From Candidatus Omnitrophota bacterium (GTDB lineage: Bacteria; Omnitrophota; Gorgyraeia; Tantalellales; Tantalellaceae), in the NCBI GenBank assembly GCA_043812935.1, contig JBDRLO010000040.1, positions 7,779 through 71,778 of the forward strand: 64,000 nucleotides of DNA. Direction: 5' to 3'. Both the position numbers and the translations under genes were made by a program. Under the pieces are notes generated by a model, which worked only from the letters and a program-made list of their open reading frames with translations, had not been told where the DNA came from and ran no database searches. Below, in pieces: positions 19,139-28,686 of the stretch; positions within the stretch are counted from its first letter, which is position 1; each line of letters begins with the position of its first letter.

Positions 19139-20032
19139 ATGAAAAAATTCGGGTTTGTATCTATCTCAGGACAGCCAAATGTCGGCAAATCTACTATATT
19201 AAACGGTATTTTAAAGGAAAAACTTGCAATTATAAGCAAAAAACCTGAAACTACACGTGATAATATACGCGGCATACTCACTCAAAAAGATTCTCAGATT
19301 GTATTTATTGACACACCCGGTATACATAAACCGCACGATCTTCTAGGTAAAATAATGCTTACTCGCGCGCAATCTTCACTTATGGAATCTGACATCATCT
19401 TGTTTGTTACTGAAAAAAATTACGCTTTCAAATCCGAAGACCAAAACATAAGAAACCGTCTTCCTGCCCCGAACGAAGGCAAAAAAGTTATCCTTGTAAT
19501 AAATAAAATTGATAAATTGAAAGACAAACGCCTTCTTCTCCCGTTAATTGAACAAGCTTCGGAATTCTATCCCTTTGATGAAATTGTCCCTATTTGCGCT
19601 TTAAAAGCCACAGATTTAGACAAACTGTTAAAAATAATCATAACACATTTATCTGAAGGCCCTTTTCATTATCCGGAAGAAGAATTAACCGACAAAACCG
19701 AAGACTTTTTAATAAGTGAAATTATACGTGAAAAAATATTGTCTTTAACATATGAAGAAGTTCCTCATTCAATTGCCGTAGCGATTGAAGACATCCTGGA
19801 AAACAAAAACAACACTTTAAGTGTCCATGCCGTAATTTACGTAGAACGCACATCTCAAAAATCTATTATCATAGGTTCGGGCGGCAATATGATGAAAAAA
19901 ATTAAAAAATCCGCGCGTACGGATATCGAACGTATATTGTCAAAAAAAATATCACTAAACCTATGGGTCAAAGTCTACGACAAATGGAAAAAAGACCCTG
20001 CCGCGCTTCAAGAACTGGGATATTCAGACTAA
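19139..20032 (+). CDS. era: GTPase Era
   Basis: GQPNVGKST, DTPGIH and NKID G-motifs, plus a C-terminal KH domain. Confidence 0.93.
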   Translation: MKKFGFVSISGQPNVGKSTILNGILKEKLAIISKKPETTRDNIRGILTQKDSQIVFIDTPGIHKPHDLLGKIMLTRAQSSLMESDIILFVTEKNYAFKSEDQNIRNRLPAPNEGKKVILVINKIDKLKDKRLLLPLIEQASEFYPFDEIVPICALKATDLDKLLKIIITHLSEGPFHYPEEELTDKTEDFLISEIIREKILSLTYEEVPHSIAVAIEDILENKNNTLSVHAVIYVERTSQKSIIIGSGGNMMKKIKKSARTDIERILSKKISLNLWVKVYDKWKKDPAALQELGYSD

Positions 20033-20047
20033 GCTACCGGCTTAAAC

Positions 20048-20665
20048 CTATACATCTATTTCATACTTTAAAAGTTTTTCACGAAGAGCTTCGTGATCAG
20101 TAAACTGAAACGCACGTATGCCCATAACCCTGGCAGCATCTATTAAATCCGCGCGGTCATCAGTATAAAAAGTTTCCTTCGGCAAACTGCCGGCAAGCTT
20201 TAAAGCTCTAACAAATATTTCAGTGTCTGGTTTCTGCACACCCTCTTCATGTGAAACAATATGCCCGTCTAAAAGATCAAGTATTTTGTACTGTTTTCTG
20301 ACATATTCGTAATGAACCTCATTGGTATTTGAAACCAATATCAGCTTAATATCAGGATACCCATTCTTAATGTTTTTTATTAGACCTTCCATTTCCGGAT
20401 ACGGACTAAGCACTTCGTTCCATAATTTGTAAAATTCCGAAAATTTAATATCCAACTTAAACAATCTTTTAGTTCTGGAAAAAAACTGCGAAGAAGTTAA
20501 TTTACCTTCCATATATTTATTCGCATTATCCGAATCCATAAAATAATCAATAACTGCACCCGGTTTAAACCTCCCGCAAGCTCGAACTCCGTCTTCCAAA
20601 ACTTCAGGATGCACTTTAACAATAACATTCCCCAAATCAAAAAATATAGTTTTAATTTTTTTCAT
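20048..20665 (-). CDS. HAD-superfamily hydrolase (subfamily IA-like)
   Basis: Motif I FFDLGNV; C-terminal YTDDRADLI. Start at the ATG with GGTGGA. Confidence 0.75.
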   Translation of the reverse strand: MKKIKTIFFDLGNVIVKVHPEVLEDGVRACGRFKPGAVIDYFMDSDNANKYMEGKLTSSQFFSRTKRLFKLDIKFSEFYKLWNEVLSPYPEMEGLIKNIKNGYPDIKLILVSNTNEVHYEYVRKQYKILDLLDGHIVSHEEGVQKPDTEIFVRALKLAGSLPKETFYTDDRADLIDAARVMGIRAFQFTDHEALREKLLKYEIDV

Positions 20666-20899
20666 AATTCCACCTGTCTGTTTTACCCCATTATCTGCAT
20701 AACCAAGCATACGGTCAAGAACTACTTTTTAAATTAGGACTCTATATTGTTTATTCATATTGCGAAAATTTATTTTCTTAATATTTCACCATTTTGCCGG
20801 TTCCGTATTTTTCAATAGCTATTTTTAGCTAAATTTGCTATAATTATCTGACTTTTTAAAATATAACCACCACTGGGAACCATTGATGAAAGCAAACTG

Positions 20900-23800
20900 A
20901 TGAAAAGAATAAGCAAACTAATATCAATTTTACTGTCTTTTATTTTTTTAACTGGGCAGGTGCACCCTTCTTATGCTGGGCACAACCTTGCAATATGGTC
21001 CGCACATGATGCCGCGCCAATGAACAAGACAACTAACAACATCGTAAAAAGGCTAAAACCACACGCGGTCGGAAATGGTATACCTCTATTGAATTTGGTA
21101 CAAGGCACTCTTCCGGAACAAATGAAACTCGGCTCAAGTCCCCAGAAAGATATTATTAACAAAATACAAAAGGCAATAGAACTAGCCATAGCACTTCATA
21201 TAAAGAATCGTCATAAAATACCCTCAAAACACAAATTGAGAGCAGAAGAAACTTTAAAAAATTTATTTTTGTTTCAAGCACATCTCAAAGATAACTTATA
21301 CATGTATAACGCGTCAGAAACAGTAACAAGCCCTGAAGATTATTTGTTAGGCTTCATATGGCCGCACCAGATTCCCGGGTTTACAGGTTCTAAAGCATTG
21401 GGCAAAGACCCGGTCATCCTAAACAGACTGTATTCCGAATCCGTGCGCCTTTTAGCACAGGATATCTATCATGACTGTATTCCTGAACATCTCAAAATTG
21501 TAGACGGAAAACATGGTGAAGAAGTAGACCGTACAGATCACAAAATAAATTACCAGGAAATTCAAAGAGCTATCTTCAACGAAACAGATGAATCCGGAAG
21601 AACAATCAAAGATGAAGTAAAAGAATTAGGGGATTTTTACCGCAACATTATTGATGAACAGGTATTCTTACACCATGACATAGGCACTGTGCTCCAAACT
21701 ATATTAAAAAAACAGGCAAAAGAGCCTGCAGATTTACAGCCTGTGTTACAACATATTATGGATAACACCTTAAATCCAATAGTGTTAACAATAGTTTCCG
21801 GAGTAAAATATATTACAGCAGAAGCAAATACTACTTCTTTTCAAATGGAATTTACGTACCTACAAAAAAAAGCTCAAGATGACAAAGAATCAGACATTGA
21901 AAGAACATTGGCATATAGCGCTTTATATCTCAGAAATACAAATTATTCACGCACAAAAGCAATAAGTTTTTTTGAAACCATACGAAACCCCTCTGCTAAA
22001 AAAATAGCCCAGGAAACATTAAACAATCAGGGGCATACTTTATGTGAAATATTATTTAAAACACGCCGCGAGATATTTGAAAAAAAATATGATTATTTTA
22101 TTCAATTTTTGTCCGATGAAAAAAAATTAAAAATATCTACGGACATAAGTTATTCTATTTCTCAAATATGGAAAAATATTGATCAAAAGCAGCCTTTTTC
22201 AGATAAAACTCAGAACGAATTAAAAAAAATTGTGGGATTAGATAAATTTTTAAATAAAAATAATTTAACACTTGTTGCAGCAGCCTGCTACCCTGTATGT
22301 TTTGCGAGATTGTTTTATGAAGAAAATTCCGGCTACATTATTAATTTTATAAAACAGGTTAGAAAAATTCCGGACAAAGATGAAAAAATGGCAAGATTCC
22401 GTGAACATGTCTTGAATCATCCCAATTTTTTAAGCTTGTATTTTACCAGCATCTTCTTAAACCCGAAGTTTTTTTTACAAGCGAAAAAAGAACAAAAAAA
22501 GCGATTTGCTTTAGGCGTTGAGAGCCTTTATAGCCCCGCCAAGCAACTTCCAGATACACTTTTAAAAAACGGGGTGCGCATTGTCTTTGATGGTTCAAAC
22601 AGAATCGAACAATTTGTAACATTTTACCGCAGGACTAAACAATATGAAAAAGCACTGAAAATTGTGGATATAAGCATTCAAGGCTCTAAACACATTCAAC
22701 AACTTACACCTTCACAAAATCACATAGAAAGAATTGATAAATTAACAAGCGAAAAAGCCGCTATCATAAAAGAACGAAACAAATCTTCTGTTTTGATAGC
22801 ACATTTAAAAAATCTCCTGCAGGATCCTGACTCTATAGAGTATAATTCGCGAATTAACAAAATTATAGAAAAGATTAGTTCCGATACTAATAGAACAAGG
22901 CTTGACGGATACAATGAGTTATTACGGATACCTAATATTTTGCAAAGTATCAACAACAACAAAAAAATACCAGCATTCGATTTGGTTTATGAAGAAGTTT
23001 CTTCGCTTTTTGAAGTTTTATACGCGGAAAACCATGAAACAGACGTGACCGACTTAGGCCTATGCTCGCTTCTTTTGATGCACATTGCATATATTCATAC
23101 ACAAAAAAAAACTAACCAAAAAAGGATAAAAGAAATCATCGACACACTTAAAAAAAAGGCAAAAGTATATAATGATAACGGCCTTTTTACAGCTATATCA
23201 AATATTTTACTGATTAGAAAACAATATAAAGAAGCTGAAAACTTTATTAACCGGATAGAAAATACAGTCGCAAAAGCGGGAGAATTGCAACATTTAGCGG
23301 AAACATATTTAATGAACGGTAATCCCCAAGAAACTCGCCGAATTATTGATAAAATTAGCGATCATATCCTAATTTTATCTGCTCAAGAATTTCCTAACTC
23401 ATGTGATAAAAGGATTGTATCTGCCATAAAAATGTTTACATCCGAAACTTTAAAAAAATTACACCAAATGCTGCCTGAAACTAAAGAAAATCAACCGTCC
23501 CCTAAAAACCTTGAACCTGACCTAACATACAATGCCGAACTTTTTAAATACAATTTAACAGAATGGCGAAGAAAACATCCAAATGAGATGTTACTCTTAG
23601 CATTTGATACGGATATTGGACAAGATCAAAAAAATCATCTGATGCCAGTATGGAAAATTGTAGATGAAGTTAAAAAAATGAGAGATTCTGAGGGAAAGCT
23701 ATTGTTCCCCAAAGATAAATTTAAAGTCATAAGGCGGGATGGTTCAACGGGACGCTTAATGCAGGAAATAAACACGTTTTTAGATAATAAAAAGGTTCTC

Positions 23801-24151
23801 AAACAAAACATTTTTCTGATCGGCCGACAAACAAATATAAAAGCTGGGCAATTTGATAGCCTGAAAGGCGCGTCATGGATAACCGCAATAGATGACGTCT
23901 TAACAAAAGATGCAGTATATATCCCGGTATTTGAAGCCCTTATACTAACTATGATGACAGCATTTAACGCCGACTCTGACAGCATAAAAAGATTTTATGA
24001 TAAAATTTCATATGAATCTGCCACATTAGAGGAAATAGAGAAAATGAAGATCTCACAATTGATATATATCCTGCCAAAAATGATTAAAAGAAGCCCTCGA
24101 GAACTGAAAAAGATATATGAATTGGAATTTGATATCTACTCAGCAGTTTAA
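20900..24151 (+). CDS. large secreted/periplasmic protein of unknown function (1083 aa), helical-repeat rich
   Basis: Signal peptide MKRISKLISILLSFIFLTGQVHPSYA followed by an LAIWS box. TPR-like helical middle; C-terminal alpha/beta-looking module. No enzyme motif recognised. Confidence 0.7.
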   Translation: MKRISKLISILLSFIFLTGQVHPSYAGHNLAIWSAHDAAPMNKTTNNIVKRLKPHAVGNGIPLLNLVQGTLPEQMKLGSSPQKDIINKIQKAIELAIALHIKNRHKIPSKHKLRAEETLKNLFLFQAHLKDNLYMYNASETVTSPEDYLLGFIWPHQIPGFTGSKALGKDPVILNRLYSESVRLLAQDIYHDCIPEHLKIVDGKHGEEVDRTDHKINYQEIQRAIFNETDESGRTIKDEVKELGDFYRNIIDEQVFLHHDIGTVLQTILKKQAKEPADLQPVLQHIMDNTLNPIVLTIVSGVKYITAEANTTSFQMEFTYLQKKAQDDKESDIERTLAYSALYLRNTNYSRTKAISFFETIRNPSAKKIAQETLNNQGHTLCEILFKTRREIFEKKYDYFIQFLSDEKKLKISTDISYSISQIWKNIDQKQPFSDKTQNELKKIVGLDKFLNKNNLTLVAAACYPVCFARLFYEENSGYIINFIKQVRKIPDKDEKMARFREHVLNHPNFLSLYFTSIFLNPKFFLQAKKEQKKRFALGVESLYSPAKQLPDTLLKNGVRIVFDGSNRIEQFVTFYRRTKQYEKALKIVDISIQGSKHIQQLTPSQNHIERIDKLTSEKAAIIKERNKSSVLIAHLKNLLQDPDSIEYNSRINKIIEKISSDTNRTRLDGYNELLRIPNILQSINNNKKIPAFDLVYEEVSSLFEVLYAENHETDVTDLGLCSLLLMHIAYIHTQKKTNQKRIKEIIDTLKKKAKVYNDNGLFTAISNILLIRKQYKEAENFINRIENTVAKAGELQHLAETYLMNGNPQETRRIIDKISDHILILSAQEFPNSCDKRIVSAIKMFTSETLKKLHQMLPETKENQPSPKNLEPDLTYNAELFKYNLTEWRRKHPNEMLLLAFDTDIGQDQKNHLMPVWKIVDEVKKMRDSEGKLLFPKDKFKVIRRDGSTGRLMQEINTFLDNKKVLKQNIFLIGRQTNIKAGQFDSLKGASWITAIDDVLTKDAVYIPVFEALILTMMTAFNADSDSIKRFYDKISYESATLEEIEKMKISQLIYILPKMIKRSPRELKKIYELEFDIYSAV

Positions 24152-24576
24152 TTGTGATTGTTCGGGATAATTTTATAAGTTTTCTCAAAAATCTCTTTTG
24201 AACCTTTGTACTGTATGGTTTCTAGGGCTTGTTCCGGAGTATACCATTTCGCGTCGCTTATTTCCTGTGTTTGTATTTTTAACGGTTCTTCCCCTAGAAA
24301 TCTTATTAAAAAGATATGTACCGTCTTAAATATTGTTTTTCCATCATGTTCGAAATTATACTCCTGTTTTCCTACTTCACACACTACTTCAAGTTTTTTA
24401 AGGCCTGTTTCTTCTCGTATTTCCCTGATAGCAGCCTGTTCTCGAGTCTCACCTTCCTCAACATGCCCTTTAGGCCAAGTCCAATAACCAAACCTGTCTT
24501 TTATTAAAAGAATTTTTAAATCTGACTTTTCACCTTTTATTACTATCCCGCCCGCTGAAAACTGTTTCTCAGCCAT
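24148..24576 (-). CDS. NUDIX hydrolase
   Basis: Nudix box GHVEEGETREQAAIREIREETG. Its stop overlaps the stop of the convergent 1083-aa gene (TTAA). Confidence 0.88.
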   Translation of the reverse strand: MAEKQFSAGGIVIKGEKSDLKILLIKDRFGYWTWPKGHVEEGETREQAAIREIREETGLKKLEVVCEVGKQEYNFEHDGKTIFKTVHIFLIRFLGEEPLKIQTQEISDAKWYTPEQALETIQYKGSKEIFEKTYKIIPNNHN

Positions 24577-24615
24577 AACTCCCTCCATTTAATGGTTAAT
24601 GGGGACTGGTTAATG

Positions 24616-24690
24616 GGGACAGCTACCATTTATTAAACAACAAAAAGCGGGAAACTAAGTTTTCTATTTTTAATAAATGGTAGCTGTCCC
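24616..24690 (-). repeat. 19-bp perfect-stem hairpin downstream of helicase copy A
   Basis: GGGACAGCTACCATTTATT (24616-24634) pairs with AATAAATGGTAGCTGTCCC (24672-24690); 37-nt loop. The minus-strand head reads TAGGGACAG, like the REP heads. Confidence 0.8.
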
Positions 24691-24693
24691 TAT

Positions 24694-26151
24694 TTATAAT
24701 TCTATAACCGGTTCATTTTCTGAATCGAATTCAGAATCAAGCATGCGGGAACTTGCCTGCCAGACTTCATAATCTTCGTCGGCAAGTTCTTCTAAAAACC
24801 GGCTTCGCGGCGCGCTTACAGCGCCTAACTGATAATCATAACGCATAGCGGGATGCACCATATATAAATATTTTCTAGCCCGTGTAACAGCAACATAAAA
24901 AAGACGTCTTTCTTCTTCCATTTCAGCTTCGCTATTCGATGATTTTGAATGAGGAAACTGCCCGTCACAAAGCCCTATAAGAAATACTGCATCCCACTCC
25001 AACCCTTTTGCCTGGTGAATAGTTGAAAGCACAAGTTGTCCGGTCTCTTCAGAAAATGAAAAAGCGTTTGTCTCCCCGCGGAAACCTTCCTGAAGAGACG
25101 TATCGTTAACAAAATCCTTAACTGTTTCATAATCATGTGAAAAATTCACAAGTTCGCGAATATCTTCAATTCGTTCTTTAGCATTTTCATACGCCGCTAA
25201 AACATGCATTTCATATCCTGAATCCAATATTCGTTCCACAATATCAGCAATGTTTGTTTCACCGCGAATATCCGAAGTTATTGCCCGCATTATTTTCTGA
25301 AAAACCGAATATCCTGCCTGCACTTTTGAGGGGAACACTCCAGACACATCATCAGAAACAAACTGGTTTATACTTTTACCTTCCTTTTTAAAACGTTCAT
25401 AAATCTTTGCGGCATATCCCGGACCGATACCAGGCCAAAGCGTCAAGGCCCTGATCCAGGAAGTTTCATCCAAAGGATTAGCCAGAATTTTCATGTATGC
25501 TAATACGTCTTTTATATGCGCTTGTTCAAAAAAACGAAGCCCCCCGCGAACAACATAAAAAATCCCTCGTTTAACCAGTTCCATTTCAAGTTCCGCAGAT
25601 TGATAATGCGCTCGAAAAAGAACAGCAATATTTTTTATATCAACACCTTCGTCCAAAAGCTCTTTTATCCTTTGGACGACAAAAGATGCCTGGGAATACA
25701 AATCTCTAACTTCAACAAGAGCGGGCATTGAAAGAGATTCATTCACGGTTTTCAGTTCTTTTTGAAACTGGTTATCATTATTTAAAAGTGAATCATTTGC
25801 AAGAGCAACAATTTCAGGAGTAGAACGGTAATTTGTTTCCAGTTTAAATACTTTTACATTATCAAACTTTTCAGGAAATTTAAGTATATTTTCGACTCGC
25901 GCGCCCCGGAAGGAATAAATAGACTGCGCGTCATCGCCCACTGCCAGAATATTTTTGTGTTTTTCGCCGAGAATATCAATTATTTCCGCCTGCAGATAAT
26001 TCGTATCCTGATATTCGTCAACCATTATATATTTAAACTTGTCACTAAACTTCTCTCTTACTTCTTTTACATTTTCCAGCAAATATTTCCAGTTAATCAA
26101 AAGATCGTCATAATCCATATTTTCTGTTTCGCGTTTTTTCTTTTCATACAT
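24694..26151 (-). CDS. UvrD/PcrA-family helicase, N-terminally truncated paralogous copy (lacks the Walker A domain)
   Basis: 485-aa intact ORF starting at MYEKKKRETENMDYDDLL, which aligns to about residue 195 of the upstream copy. Contains VDEYQDTN, TNYRST, TIHQAKGLEW and VAVTRA motifs. Confidence 0.75.
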   Translation of the reverse strand: MYEKKKRETENMDYDDLLINWKYLLENVKEVREKFSDKFKYIMVDEYQDTNYLQAEIIDILGEKHKNILAVGDDAQSIYSFRGARVENILKFPEKFDNVKVFKLETNYRSTPEIVALANDSLLNNDNQFQKELKTVNESLSMPALVEVRDLYSQASFVVQRIKELLDEGVDIKNIAVLFRAHYQSAELEMELVKRGIFYVVRGGLRFFEQAHIKDVLAYMKILANPLDETSWIRALTLWPGIGPGYAAKIYERFKKEGKSINQFVSDDVSGVFPSKVQAGYSVFQKIMRAITSDIRGETNIADIVERILDSGYEMHVLAAYENAKERIEDIRELVNFSHDYETVKDFVNDTSLQEGFRGETNAFSFSEETGQLVLSTIHQAKGLEWDAVFLIGLCDGQFPHSKSSNSEAEMEEERRLFYVAVTRARKYLYMVHPAMRYDYQLGAVSAPRSRFLEELADEDYEVWQASSRMLDSEFDSENEPVIEL

Positions 26152-26224
26152 ATCTTTAATTGTTTTAATTTCATTGAAAAATTTAAAAAAATAAGGAAAT
26201 CGTTCATCTAATACTTTTTAATGG

Positions 26225-26299
26225 GGGACAGCTACCATTTATTAAACAACAAAAAGCGGGAAACTAAGTTTTCTATTTTCAATAAATGGTAGCTGTCCC
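26225..26299 (-). repeat. second copy of the 19-bp-stem hairpin (downstream of helicase copy B)
   Basis: Same arms as 24616-24690 and the same 37-nt loop with one difference. Confidence 0.8.
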
Positions 26300-26321
26300 T
26301 ATTTATATACGTGGAACGCAT

Positions 26322-28365
26322 TCACAACTCTATTATGGGTTCTCTTTCTGAATCAAATTCTGGATTCAACATCTGGGAACTTGCCCGCCAGACTTCATAA
26401 TCTTCACCTGAAAGTTCTTCTAAAAACCGGCTTCGAGGCGCGCTTACGGTTCCCAACTGGTAATCATACCGAGTACACGGATGCATCATATATAGGTGTT
26501 TTTTTGCTCTTGTCACGGCAACATAAAAAAGACGTCTTTCTTCTTCCATTTCAGCGTCACTATTCGCTGACTTTGAATGCGGAAACTGTCCATCGCAAAG
26601 ACCGATGAGAAATACCGCATCCCATTCCAATCCTTTTGCCTGGTGTATGGTTGAAAGTACTAGCTGACTGGACTCTTCTGAAAACGAAAAAGCGTTTGTT
26701 TCGCCACGAAACCCCTTCCTGGAGAGAAGTATCACTCACAAAATCTTTAATCGTTTCATAATCGTGCGAAAAATTTACAAGTTCCCGAATGTCATCAATT
26801 CGTTCTTTCGCGTTTTCATACGTTGCTAAAACATGTGTTTCATACCCTAAATCTAATATGCGTTCCACTATGTCCGCTATATTTGTTTCGCCGCTTATGT
26901 CCGAAGTTATTGCTCTCATTATTTTTTGAAAGATTGAATACCCCGCGCGAACTCTTGCAGGAAACGCGATAGACACATCGTCCGAAACAAACCGGTTTAT
27001 ACTTATGTCTTGTTTTTTAAAAAATTCATAAATTTTCGAGGCATATCCCGGGCCGATCCCCGGCCAAAGGGTTAATGCCCTTATCCATGAAGTTTCATCC
27101 AGCGGATTAGCCAGAATCTTCATGTACGCTAACACGTCTTTTATGTGCGCTTGCTCAAAAAAACGCAGTCCCCCGCGAACAACGTAAGAAATCCCGCGTT
27201 TAACCAATCCCATTTCCAATTCCGCAGATTGATAATGTGCCCTAAAAAGAACGGCAATGTTTTTTATATCAACTCCCTCGTCCAAAAGTTCTTTTATTCT
27301 TTGGACAACAAAAGACGCCTGAGAATATAGATCTCTAACTTCAACAAGAGCAGGCATTGAAAGAGATTCATTCACTGTTTTTAATTCTTTTTGGAACTGG
27401 TTATCATTATTTAAAAGCGAATCATTAGCAAGCGCTACAATTTCAGGGGTAGACCTATAATTAGTTTCTAATTTAAATATTTTTACGTTATCGAATTTTT
27501 CGGGAAACTGTAATATGTTTTCGACCCGTGCCCCTCGAAAAGAATAAATAGATTGCGCATCGTCACCTACGGCCAAAATATTTCGATGTTTTCCGCCAAG
27601 AATATCAACTATCTCAGCCTGCATATAATTTGTGTCCTGGTACTCATCAACCATTATATACCTAAATTTGTTACTGAATTTTTCTCTTACTTCTTCTACG
27701 TTCTCAAGTAAATACTTCCATCTAAACAAAAGATCGTCATAATCCATGTTTTCTGTTTCGCGTTTTTTCTTTTCATACATATCTTTTATTTTGTTTATTT
27801 CGTCCTTGAATTTAAAAAAATAAGGATATCGCGCATCTAATACTTTTTCCAAAGTTCTTTTTGTGTTTACCGAAAGGCTTATTATCGCTTGCATCACAGA
27901 CGCCTTCGGAAACTTTTCGCCTTTAGGCAAGGCTTTAACAACTGTCTTCGTACAACTTTTTATCAAGTCACGTGAATCCTGCTGGTCTAAAATACCAAAA
28001 TCTCTTGTAAACCCTATCTTTTCAGCGTACATTCTGAGGGTTCTATTACCTACATGATGAAACGTTCCGCTCCACAACCCTTTCGGGCTATACCTTAAGA
28101 GTCTCTCCGTCCGTTCCCGCATTTCCCGAGCGGCTTTATTCGTAAAAGTCATAAGAAGTATATTTTGAGGAGGGACTCCCCGTTCTAAAAGATAGGCCAA
28201 CCTGTAAATCAAGGTTCTAGTTTTACCGCTTCCGGCACCCGCAAGGACAAGACAAGGCCCTTCCGCCTGCGTAACAACTTCATACTGTTGTTCGTTAAGG
28301 CTCTCCGCAAAATTTATGTGCGTTTCTATGGTTTCTGAACTTTCGTTTAGGATATATCTCTTCAT
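26322..28365 (-). pseudogene. UvrD/PcrA-family ATP-dependent DNA helicase, full length but interrupted by a 1-nt frameshift
   Basis: Walker A AGAGSGKT, VDEYQDTN, and so on. ORFs 26560-28365 and 26322-26735 overlap. Relative to copy A there is one extra C in the run at 26712-26715 (minus strand CAGGAAGGGGTTT versus CAGGAAGGTTTC). Confidence 0.8.
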
Positions 28366-28373
28366 GGTGAAAT

Positions 28374-28401
28374 ATTATAACGCATTCGAGCTTTTAGGCA
28401 A
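28374..28401 (-). promoter_or_regulatory. candidate promoter giving a near-leaderless helicase mRNA
   Basis: Minus strand TTGCCT (28396-28401), 16-nt spacer, TATAAT (28374-28379), only 8 nt before the ATG at 28365. No Shine-Dalgarno sequence. Confidence 0.4.
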
Positions 28402-28430
28402 AGTTATTTCATGCGCAATGTCAACCACAT

Positions 28431-28473
28431 TTAGAAATGTCCTATTTTCTCACACTTAGAAATGTCCTATTTT
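28431..28473. promoter_or_regulatory. 18-bp direct repeat pair in the divergent intergenic region
   Basis: TTAGAAATGTCCTATTTT at 28431-28448 and again at 28456-28473 (25-bp period). Confidence 0.6.
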
Positions 28474-28507
28474 GAACGATATGCCAGCTATGTTAAGAGA
28501 ATAAAAG

Positions 28508-28536
28508 TTGACAGAACATTAGCGAAAGGCTATATT
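28508..28536 (+). promoter_or_regulatory. candidate sigma70 promoter of the 858-aa secreted protein gene
   Basis: TTGACA (28508-28513), 17-nt spacer, TATATT (28531-28536); about 150-nt leader to the ATG at 28687. Confidence 0.55.
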
Positions 28537-28550
28537 GGTACCTGCAAAGT

Positions 28551-28566
28551 ATGCAAACGTTTGCAT
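28551..28566. promoter_or_regulatory. perfect 16-bp palindrome, LacI/GalR-family-operator-like
   Basis: ATGCAAACGTTTGCAT with a central CG, 15 nt downstream of the -10 element. Confidence 0.55.
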
Positions 28567-28686
28567 TTGCTTTGCCCTTGGAGATCAAAAAGTTTTATAA
28601 GTTCTCCTAAAATAAGAACGGCATCGCAATAAAAATCGTTGAGTTTGAAATTAACCAGCTTATAACTAAAATAAGGGAGACGGCTT

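Larger units (their letters stand above)
24611..27848 (-). repeat. diverged direct tandem duplication, two units of about 1.6 kb (24611-26219 and 26220-27848)
   Basis: Each unit holds the hairpin plus the 3-prime two thirds of the helicase gene. The junction CATCTAATACTTTTT|AATGGGGGACAGC creates a TAA in the copy A frame. Confidence 0.85.

Noticed and set aside
24611-27848. Diversity-generating retroelement (template/variable repeat) explanation for the helicase duplication
   Set aside because: Differences are spread over 1.6 kb, involve all base types and are mostly synonymous. There is no adenine-specific pattern and no reverse transcriptase nearby.
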